From a virus (taxonomy: Duplodnaviria > Caudoviricetes), in IMG/VR virus record IMGVR_UViG_3300032274_000010, positions 1 through 46,950 of that record: 46,950 bases of DNA, one strand, 5' to 3'. This document shows, piece by piece, positions 32,791 through 39,928 of this stretch. The notes beneath the pieces were generated by a model. The model ran no database searches and was not told the origin of the DNA. It worked only from the letters and a program-made list of their open reading frames with translations. The stretch's first letter is position 1; each line of letters opens with the position of its first letter. Both the position numbers and the translations under genes were made by a program.

Positions 32791-33305
32791 AGCCTGATCT
32801 AACAACTATCAAGGGGCGCGATCCTGTCGTCGCAACAAAGCGCCGGGCAATGACCGCCGCGCGCAAGCGACGGATCAGCGACCGGGACTCCTATGTTTGC
32901 CGGGGCGGGGTCGCCTATCAGATCGACAGCAAAGGCCGCGCGCGGTCGTCCAACAAATGCCGAGTCGACTTCGATCACGAAATCGCGCTTGAACTTGGCG
33001 GCCCGGACGAGGACTTCAATGTCACGCCGCGTTGCAACGGTTGCGCCTGCCCCTTTGATCACAAGATCAAGACCGCCAACGACGCGCGTCTAATCGCCCG
33101 CGCAAACCGATTGCGGGACAAGGCCGAACGACAGCGCAAAAAGCGGGAGTCCCAACGCGGCCGAAAATTGCCGGGCAAGGGGCAGGGCCGCAAACTGTCC
33201 GGCGGCGGCAAATTACAGGGCGGCGGCTTCCCCAAAACAAAAAGACCCCTCGCCGGGGGCAAGGGGTCCAATTGGCCGGGGCGGCCTATCTGTCGGCGGG
33301 GTTAA
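32787..33305 (+). CDS. HNH-like endonuclease with basic tail
   Basis: FDHEIALELGG.D...N...C...C..DH..KT..D...IA. Confidence 0.75.
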   Translation: MKPDLTTIKGRDPVVATKRRAMTAARKRRISDRDSYVCRGGVAYQIDSKGRARSSNKCRVDFDHEIALELGGPDEDFNVTPRCNGCACPFDHKIKTANDARLIARANRLRDKAERQRKKRESQRGRKLPGKGQGRKLSGGGKLQGGGFPKTKRPLAGGKGSNWPGRPICRRG

Positions 33306-33520
33306 TACTCCGAGTCGTCTTCCGGGTGAGCGACCGGCGGCCCCTGATAAAATGGATTTCGCTCCCAAGTATCAAACGGGGACAATATCCAAGCCCGCTC
33401 GGTATCTTCCGCCCCGTATGCGGCGGCATGTTGCGCGACCGCTGCCCCGTTGTATTCGCCTTGAGTCATTGCGTCTTGGGCAAGGGCGTCGGCGCGTTCG
33501 CTGTCGTGATCTTGAAACAT
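33302..33520 (-). CDS. Small acidic hypothetical protein
   Basis: Conserved leader; WILSPFDTWERNPFY.GPP..HPE. Confidence 0.75.
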   Translation of the reverse strand: MFQDHDSERADALAQDAMTQGEYNGAAVAQHAAAYGAEDTERAWILSPFDTWERNPFYQGPPVAHPEDDSEY

Positions 33521-33578
33521 TGCATTTCCTTTCCTGTGATTTGTCCGGACAACCTATCTTCCGCCCCGTATGCGGCGG
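33403..33578. repeat. 24-bp exact direct repeat (33403-33426 and 33555-33578)
   Basis: TATCTTCCGCCCCGTATGCGGCGG occurs twice. Confidence 0.9.
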
Positions 33579-33835
33579 AGTCGTTTTGGCACGGCGATTC
33601 CAAAGTCGCCGATCAGATCGTCGGTTGACCATTTTTCGCCGATCTTCATTTCGACGTTAATTTCGTGATCGTGCAAATTAGCGAGACGATATGCGAGGCC
33701 CTGTATGCAATCGACCTGATCTTCGTAAACAACGGCAACAATTTTCGATCCGTTTTCAAAGCTGTTTTTCGTGAAGCGATAAAGTGTTTTCGACATGGCG
33801 AGTCCCTTTCCTGTGATCTGTCCGGACAACCTATC
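33528..33835. repeat. 31-bp direct repeat of the leader (33528-33558 and 33805-33835)
   Basis: CCTTTCCTGTGATYTGTCCGGACAACCTATC, 1 mismatch. Confidence 0.9.
33554..33796 (-). CDS. Hypothetical protein (lower GC)
   Basis: Start MSKTLY after the leader; the stop codon lies in the downstream leader copy. Confidence 0.7.
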   Translation of the reverse strand: MSKTLYRFTKNSFENGSKIVAVVYEDQVDCIQGLAYRLANLHDHEINVEMKIGEKWSTDDLIGDFGIAVPKRLRRIRGGR

Positions 33836-33854
33836 GCCCGCCCCTTGGGGACAA

Positions 33855-33886
33855 TAGCGGGATCAGTAGCGGCGGCGTCCCCCCTC
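33855..33886 (-). promoter_or_regulatory. Gapped palindrome copy G
   Basis: GAGGGGGGAC-gccgccgctactg-ATCCCGCTA, 59 nt upstream of ATG 33796. Confidence 0.85.
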
Positions 33887-33923
33887 TGATATTCTGCCCG
33901 GATCAGGCGCAAAGGGGTTGCCA

Positions 33924-34214
33924 ATGGAATGGATTACAACACGGGCGAAAATGCTCGGCGCGATTGCGTCGGCAGTTATCGGAGTCCCGACCGCCGCGCT
34001 CTTTGTTTGGAATGCCGGGGGCGACGCATTGGACGCCCGGATCGACGCCCGGATCGTTTCGCACCATGAGTCCGAATCCTTGCCCGCGCAAATATCCGGA
34101 CTCTGTTCGATTCTGTTAGACATGGCCGCCGACGATCCCCGGCGTGACGCCTTAGAGGTCAACCTTGCGACGTTGCGGGGCAAGTTTGAAGGAGGCCCGC
34201 CGCCGGACTGTTAG
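33924..34214 (+). CDS. Single-pass membrane protein convergent on the lysis cassette
   Basis: AAGGGG RBS; TM MLGAIASAVIGVPTAALFVW; two Cys; stop overlaps the o-spanin stop. Confidence 0.65.
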   Translation: MEWITTRAKMLGAIASAVIGVPTAALFVWNAGGDALDARIDARIVSHHESESLPAQISGLCSILLDMAADDPRRDALEVNLATLRGKFEGGPPPDC

Positions 34215-34594
34215 TCGTCCGGGGCTTTGTCCTGATCCCCGCCCGGCGGGTTTAAGTTTTCAATAATCCAATCAATCAACGCATTGTGACGCCGATCCTC
34301 GTCCTCGTCCGCCCGGCGGTTGCCGACGATATACGGAGTCGCGTCCCGCAACGTCGGACAGGACGGCGACGCGCTGCCGTCTGGCAAGACGACGCAATCG
34401 TCCGGGACAGGGACAGGGGTCCAAGGATCGGGGCGGATCAGGAGGCCCGGATCAATCCGGACCGTCGTCGGGATCGGGATCGGCTTCTCCGTCTCCGCCT
34501 GCCCCCATAGACGGACCGTTCCACACGCCGACAAGATCGGGGCGGATAGGACTATCAAGGCAAGCGCCGTGAATGTCTGCAAGGATCGTGACAA
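34211..34594 (-). CDS. o-spanin (Rz1-like lipoprotein)
   Basis: Hydrophobic leader with LSAC lipobox; Pro-rich; overlaps the i-spanin out of frame. Confidence 0.75.
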   Translation of the reverse strand: MSRSLQTFTALALIVLSAPILSACGTVRLWGQAETEKPIPIPTTVRIDPGLLIRPDPWTPVPVPDDCVVLPDGSASPSCPTLRDATPYIVGNRRADEDEDRRHNALIDWIIENLNPPGGDQDKAPDD

Positions 34595-34907
34595 TTTCCG
34601 AGTCCTCCGTAATGCGGGACCGCCGGAGACCGGCGAAACCCTGATTTAATGCGGCAAGGATCGCGGCCCCGGAATCGTTGGCGCTGTCCTGCCGATCTTG
34701 GACGGCGGCAAGGCTGTCGGCCTCAAATTGCGCCCGTTCGCGCGCAAGGGATTCGCGCTCGGCCTTGACCGTTGCGGCGGCGGCGTCGGCAACGTCTGCC
34801 CGTCCCCGGACATACGCCCCGGCGATCAAACCCGCGACAACGGCGACAAGGACGCCAGACAACCACGGCGACGACAAAACGCCCCCAAGTAAGCCCCGGC
34901 CTATCAT
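34452..34907 (-). CDS. i-spanin (Rz-like)
   Basis: N-terminal TM, Y.RG, coiled coil, C-terminal Cys and W. Confidence 0.75.
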   Translation of the reverse strand: MIGRGLLGGVLSSPWLSGVLVAVVAGLIAGAYVRGRADVADAAAATVKAERESLARERAQFEADSLAAVQDRQDSANDSGAAILAALNQGFAGLRRSRITEDSEIVTILADIHGACLDSPIRPDLVGVWNGPSMGAGGDGEADPDPDDGPD

Positions 34908-35281
34908 TGCGCGCCCTGCCCCGGTCCTGTCGGCGATATGGGGGCATTCCCCCGCGCGACAGCGACGGCCCGGCCAAGCGACTCAAGATGCAAGGCCGCC
35001 CGGTCGAACAGGTCGGCGCGTTCGCCCCGCGCGCCCCGGACATACAAGTCGAGCGGATATAAGATCAGAAAGACCGGGACAAGGCCGACGACGGCGACCG
35101 GGTATCCAATGGCGACGCCGGTCGCGACGGCCCAAGCGACGCCGACGGCCCAAGCGATGAAACCGATCATGCCGACGGCAATCGTTGCCGTGATCCGGGG
35201 GCGGCGGTTGTCCCAACCTTGCGCCTCCGGGCGCGTTGCCCGCGCTGCCGCTGCAATTGTTTCCTCAAGTCCGCCGCTCAT
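34904..35281 (-). CDS. Putative holin (2 TM)
   Basis: Two TM segments; lies between endolysin and spanins; ATGA coupling. Confidence 0.65.
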   Translation of the reverse strand: MSGGLEETIAAAARATRPEAQGWDNRRPRITATIAVGMIGFIAWAVGVAWAVATGVAIGYPVAVVGLVPVFLILYPLDLYVRGARGERADLFDRAALHLESLGRAVAVARGNAPISPTGPGQGAQ

Positions 35282-35733
35282 AGCTTGAATCCCGACGGCA
35301 TGATCCGGGCGAGTCCGCCATAGTTGCCAGACACGCGCGACCATGTTGCCGGAATGCCGACAACCCGATCCTCCCGCACGTCAAGGTGAATCATGGGGCC
35401 GGGCTTTGTGTCTGTGTAAATGCCGATTCCGGTCGCCCCTGCCCGTTTGGCGCAATGATACGCGCGCTCAAAATCGCGGCCCGTTTCCATCCCGGCGGGG
35501 AAGCTGTCGGCGGCCCGCACGTCCGGCCATTTGTCCAAATTGTGTTGCGACAAGTCGGCCCGCCCCAAGTAGCGCCCCAACGCGCCGGGGGCGGGACTGA
35601 TCCCGACAGGCGCGCCCCAATAGGTCCGGAACAAGTCATATACGGCGAGCAGGCGTTGAGACATGCGGTCGGCGTAAGGGTTAAACTCGCGCCGTTTGAA
35701 GTGATTGAGCGCGGTATAATCAGGGGCAGACAT
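35278..35733 (-). CDS. Endolysin, M15-type zinc peptidase
   Basis: HF...EF...SQH......AAD...GIGIY......HLDVR; AAGGAG RBS at MSAPDY. Confidence 0.85.
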   Translation of the reverse strand: MSAPDYTALNHFKRREFNPYADRMSQRLLAVYDLFRTYWGAPVGISPAPGALGRYLGRADLSQHNLDKWPDVRAADSFPAGMETGRDFERAYHCAKRAGATGIGIYTDTKPGPMIHLDVREDRVVGIPATWSRVSGNYGGLARIMPSGFKL

Positions 35734-35751
35734 TGCGGACTCCTTTGTTTG

Positions 35752-35781
35752 ACCATACTCGCCGCCGGGCGGGCCTGTCAA
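35752..35781 (-). promoter_or_regulatory. Sigma70-like promoter of the lysis cassette
   Basis: TTGACA-N18-TATGGT upstream of the endolysin RBS. Confidence 0.55.
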
Positions 35782-35792
35782 AACCGGGCGGG

Positions 35793-38156
35793 CTATCTGT
35801 CGCGAACTTCCAAAATGTCGAGCGATCTGTAAAGTTCTTGGACTTCCAGATCGGACGCCTCGTCCGTTGTTGTCCCGCTCCGGTAAAATGTCACGACTAG
35901 CTTGTAATCATGCGCGCCCGCCGTGTGACCTGTTGACTCAACGGTCCGATAAAATCCGACAGCATTCTCAAAATCCTCATATTCAACTGTCGTTCCAAGC
36001 GGCAGGGCGCTAATTTTTTCCGCATAAATTTCGGTAGTTCCCCGCAACAAACGGAGCCAAACGTCAACCGTCCACGACGCCTGATCGCGAGTCGCGCGGA
36101 AATTAGGGGCGGCGGAACTATCCAAAACGCCCCGCGCAAACCCGAACCGGATAATGACAGACGACCCCGCAACGACCGTGAATCCAGTTATTGAAACGAG
36201 GGTTTGATCTTGACCGTTGACGCCGACGCCCGCCGTCCCAATAGCTGCCGTCGAGATTGCGGATTCGGCATTTGTCACGGCGTTTTGACTGATTTCAGAA
36301 GTTCCGATTGTGTTGCCTGCAATCATTGCTCCCGTGATCGGCGCGCTCGCTGCCGTGATTGAGGTCCAACTCGTCCAAGACGTTTCCGCCGTTTGCGCAT
36401 AAGGCCGGACGCGGACCTCGTATGTCGTCCCGGAAAAAATGCCGTCCCGAAATCGCACGTCGGTTTCGTCGGGTCCGTAAAGTTTTGAAACGATAGTTCC
36501 AGAAGACCCGATTCGATATTGTAATTCATGCCCAATAACGCGGGAATCCGTTGACGGCGTAAACTGTGCGCGGATCTCCGCAACTTGCGCGCTGCCAGAC
36601 GTGACAACGGACGAGGTGACAGTCAAAGACGCGACCGCAATCGTAATTGAGGCCGGGTTTGAAATCGTGTTTGAGGTCGCTGCCGGTTGTTCGTCTGTCG
36701 CCGGAGTCCAAGCATAAACCGACGACGCGATCTCTTGCGCTGCAATTCCAACAGTCAAATTCTTGAGATTCAGGGACGTTGAAAGAACCTCAAATGTTTT
36801 GACTGATCCGCCCGTCCAACCGTAACGCTCAAGGTCCATTTCAAACCAATCGCCCGCCTCTAACTGGATCGCCCGCGCCCGCGCTGTAAAGTTGACAACC
36901 CGCTGAAAACGGGATCGGCGCAAGTATATTTGAGCCAACCGTTGCGCCTGTGTCTCCGATTGGACAAGGGGCAGATCAAGGAGATCAGTCTTTCTTTCCC
37001 CGCCGTCTTCCGTGACGGCGGTCGCGTCAATACGCGGCAGGATTTCTCCTTCCTGATATTGCGCTCCGGAATCAACGAACCGCGACTTAATCGCGTTCAC
37101 AACCTCGTCTCGGGATCGACGGGGCTCGCGATCAAACGGGGTTGAGGCGATTATATCCCCGTCGTCCAAGGTCAACGCCGACGATTGGGACGACCCGGAC
37201 AGACAAGCATAAACGCCGCCCCTGTCGATCAGGTCGCCGCCAAATGACGACAGCAAGGCCCGGACCGTCGACTCGTGTGAGTCGGACGTGCTGATCACTC
37301 CATGAGTTTCGTATTTTGTCTCCGTCCCCCCGGCGTCAAGACTAACAGACGAGTCGGCGTCATTTGCTGCCGCGTTAAAAGTCGAGTCGGACAGGCCGTC
37401 CGCGTCGATCCCCGGCCCTGCAATTTTGACTCCGCCGTCCGTCCGGAAGCCCCGCAAAAAATGCCGCAAAATGTCGGGGCCGTTGGCGCTGTAACTGTGA
37501 GTCGATTTCGTTGCGTAGGTATCGCCCGCGCGGTCGCTGAAAATCGGCGCGCCTTGGATCACGAAAGCCATATCCGGGACGCCGCGCTCATACGTGACGG
37601 GATCAAAAACGAGTTCGGCCTTAATATAGGAAACGCCGACTCCTTTATGGTTAGAAGTCCAAGGACCATTTGCCGCAAGCCCCGCGTCTGCCGTTTGCGC
37701 CTCCCGCCCGTCGAAATATGTAATTGTCATTCCGGTTGAGGCGTCCGGATGATTAAAATCAGGGACCGCCCCGCTCCCCAAATGCGCAAGCGGTTCCCCG
37801 GCAACGCCGACCGTTTTGCCATTTGCGAGCATCGTATTTAAGGCGGTCGTTTGATAATCTGAAACCGCTATAACTAATTCTAGATTTTCGTTCGCCGATC
37901 CATAAACATTCCAATAAACAAGCGACCCGCCGACGGCGGTCGTCCCGACAACAATCTCGCGGGTCGCTGTCGGATTAAGTTTCAATTGAAGGCGTTGCCC
38001 TTGATCAACTGATCCGATTTTCGGCTTCTTGCGGAGCGCCAAGTTTAGACCCGTCATAAAAAGAGTCGTGACAATCCAACGGAACAAGGCCCGTTTCGCC
38101 ATGTTGAAAACAAACCATTTGAACGCCGCCGCCAAGAATGGTGCTGCCGGTCCCAT
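35793..38156 (-). CDS. Tail tip / central fibre protein (J-like) with Fn3-like domain
   Basis: Synteny; D.PLV.S..QAQRLA...L.R.R; GTTYEVRVRP.....SW.SW. Confidence 0.85.
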   Translation of the reverse strand: MGPAAPFLAAAFKWFVFNMAKRALFRWIVTTLFMTGLNLALRKKPKIGSVDQGQRLQLKLNPTATREIVVGTTAVGGSLVYWNVYGSANENLELVIAVSDYQTTALNTMLANGKTVGVAGEPLAHLGSGAVPDFNHPDASTGMTITYFDGREAQTADAGLAANGPWTSNHKGVGVSYIKAELVFDPVTYERGVPDMAFVIQGAPIFSDRAGDTYATKSTHSYSANGPDILRHFLRGFRTDGGVKIAGPGIDADGLSDSTFNAAANDADSSVSLDAGGTETKYETHGVISTSDSHESTVRALLSSFGGDLIDRGGVYACLSGSSQSSALTLDDGDIIASTPFDREPRRSRDEVVNAIKSRFVDSGAQYQEGEILPRIDATAVTEDGGERKTDLLDLPLVQSETQAQRLAQIYLRRSRFQRVVNFTARARAIQLEAGDWFEMDLERYGWTGGSVKTFEVLSTSLNLKNLTVGIAAQEIASSVYAWTPATDEQPAATSNTISNPASITIAVASLTVTSSVVTSGSAQVAEIRAQFTPSTDSRVIGHELQYRIGSSGTIVSKLYGPDETDVRFRDGIFSGTTYEVRVRPYAQTAETSWTSWTSITAASAPITGAMIAGNTIGTSEISQNAVTNAESAISTAAIGTAGVGVNGQDQTLVSITGFTVVAGSSVIIRFGFARGVLDSSAAPNFRATRDQASWTVDVWLRLLRGTTEIYAEKISALPLGTTVEYEDFENAVGFYRTVESTGHTAGAHDYKLVVTFYRSGTTTDEASDLEVQELYRSLDILEVRDR

Positions 38157-38578
38157 TATGTCCCCCCGATTCGATAGGCCGCGACCGCGTCGGCGGCGGG
38201 CAGGCGATCAAGGCGAGTCACCCCTGCCGCATACGCGATATTCGATTCAACAATAGCAAGCGACCCGATCCCGCCCGCGCCTGTCGGGTAGAATAACAGA
38301 TCGCCGCGTCGAGCAAATGCAACAGGGACCGCCGGGGCGTTGGCCGCTGCAAAGTCTGCTAGGGTATCAAACCCGGCCCGGCGGATCGCCCGGACGGCCC
38401 CGAGAGCGGTCGTATAACGGCCCCGGAAGGGCGCAAAGAAATCCTCGCCCGTCATTGCCTGAATAACGTCGGACGCAAATGTCGCGCAATCGTGGACGCC
38501 CCAATCAAGGGGCAGATCACGACGCGCGCGGATCGCGGCTTCCATCCGTTGCGGCCAATCGTCAAAACGGGGTTTCAT
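38156..38578 (-). CDS. Tail-associated NlpC/P60-like protein (DUF6950-like)
   Basis: WG.HDC..FA.D...AMTG.D....RG.Y.T..GA...ARRGD. Confidence 0.8.
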   Translation of the reverse strand: MKPRFDDWPQRMEAAIRARRDLPLDWGVHDCATFASDVIQAMTGEDFFAPFRGRYTTALGAVRAIRRAGFDTLADFAAANAPAVPVAFARRGDLLFYPTGAGGIGSLAIVESNIAYAAGVTRLDRLPAADAVAAYRIGGT

Positions 38579-39264
38579 TCGTTGTATCTCGTCACTTCTG
38601 GATTATTGGATCGCCCGCCGCCGCCAAGGCCGCCGCCGCTCCCGATTCCTTGCTGCCGCGACCCCCAATTCGGCGACTGCAAAACCGATTGAGTCACAAA
38701 GGAAAAGAAGGTGTCTGTAACGCCGGGAAATAACAAAGTCTGATCGGCTTGGGTTCTAAACAAAGGCTCAACGCGCGCCAATTCCTTCGCCGACGATTCC
38801 GCTTGGACGCGGATTTCAGACCCGTTCCCTTGGGGGTCGTCGCTTAGGAAAACTTGATCAATGAAGCCCCGGTAAACTTGGAAGGCCCCGATCACGGTGA
38901 ATCCATAATCGGACAGGTCCAACAGGAGCAAACGGTGAATCACTTCGCGCCCGTGGAATGTTTCGTCGTCCAAAGCTGACAGCAAGTCGCCCGCTGTCGA
39001 TCCTGCCGTCTGATCAAGGCCGGACATGGCGAACGTGACGCCTTGCGCCGTGAGGCTTTTTGTTTGCGTGACCTGATCAATCTCGCCAAGGAAACCCGTC
39101 CCGAGATAGTCGCGCGACCCGTCGCCCGGATCAAATGCCAGAGTCCCGAAATCGTCCCAATAATAGGCGTTCCCGCTGTCGATATAAAACTCGACAAGAT
39201 TCCGCGCGCCGACGGCGTCGGATTCCAAGGCGTCTTGCATTGCGGCGGATAGAGCGAGGACCAT
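38575..39264 (-). CDS. Tail hub / minor tail protein
   Basis: Y.GTG.LG.I...SGL...RG.ID...ES...RT.ADQ...FPG..D.FF..V...WG. Confidence 0.8.
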   Translation of the reverse strand: MVLALSAAMQDALESDAVGARNLVEFYIDSGNAYYWDDFGTLAFDPGDGSRDYLGTGFLGEIDQVTQTKSLTAQGVTFAMSGLDQTAGSTAGDLLSALDDETFHGREVIHRLLLLDLSDYGFTVIGAFQVYRGFIDQVFLSDDPQGNGSEIRVQAESSAKELARVEPLFRTQADQTLLFPGVTDTFFSFVTQSVLQSPNWGSRQQGIGSGGGLGGGGRSNNPEVTRYNE

Positions 39265-39265
39265 A

Positions 39266-39919
39266 TTAAACCCTAATCACTTGGACGGCTTCAAAGCCAA
39301 CGCGCCCGAATCCGTTTTCGTCTGTTGCGGTTTTGATAGTGTCCGCCAAAATGCGCATTTCAGCGGCGGGCCGGGTGAAAACGCAAGACTCGCCCCCGGC
39401 AAGCCCCGACAGGATTCGCGGTTGGACGGTTAAGGCCGTGAACACGCCCGACCCGTTGACCGTCTGATCCTCAACAATCCGATGCAATGCGCGATGTGTT
39501 TCGCCCCCGGCGGCAGGATAATCAAAGGCAACATAATCCCCGGCCTTGATCTGGAAACCGACCGTCGCGCTATACGCGCCAACCGTCGAGTCGGCGACGC
39601 TCCAAGAGCCAATGATCGGAGTCCCGATTGTCGCCGGTCCTGCCGGGCTGTCAGACGCGGGGAAGGGGAAGGCGGGGTCGTGTCCGTAAAATGTCTTCAT
39701 TCCCCCTTGCAGGCTATCCAGCCACGACAGACACGCGCGCAACGCAACACGCGACAGAAGAGTCGTTTCATAGCTTGCATACCAAACCGCCGGGCCTAGT
39801 TCTGAAACTTGATTGCGCCCGCCCCAAGTTGGACTCGTTGACTGTCGCCGGATCAGTTTGAAATCTGTCCGTCCGTGCTTCCATTCGGTCGGGAATGTGC
39901 GGGGAAACGTAATAGCCAT
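39266..39919 (-). CDS. Distal tail protein
   Basis: First gene after the TMP; W...L.GG..TF..HDP...P. Confidence 0.75.
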   Translation of the reverse strand: MAITFPRTFPTEWKHGRTDFKLIRRQSTSPTWGGRNQVSELGPAVWYASYETTLLSRVALRACLSWLDSLQGGMKTFYGHDPAFPFPASDSPAGPATIGTPIIGSWSVADSTVGAYSATVGFQIKAGDYVAFDYPAAGGETHRALHRIVEDQTVNGSGVFTALTVQPRILSGLAGGESCVFTRPAAEMRILADTIKTATDENGFGRVGFEAVQVIRV

Positions 39920-39928
39920 TTTCGAGTC

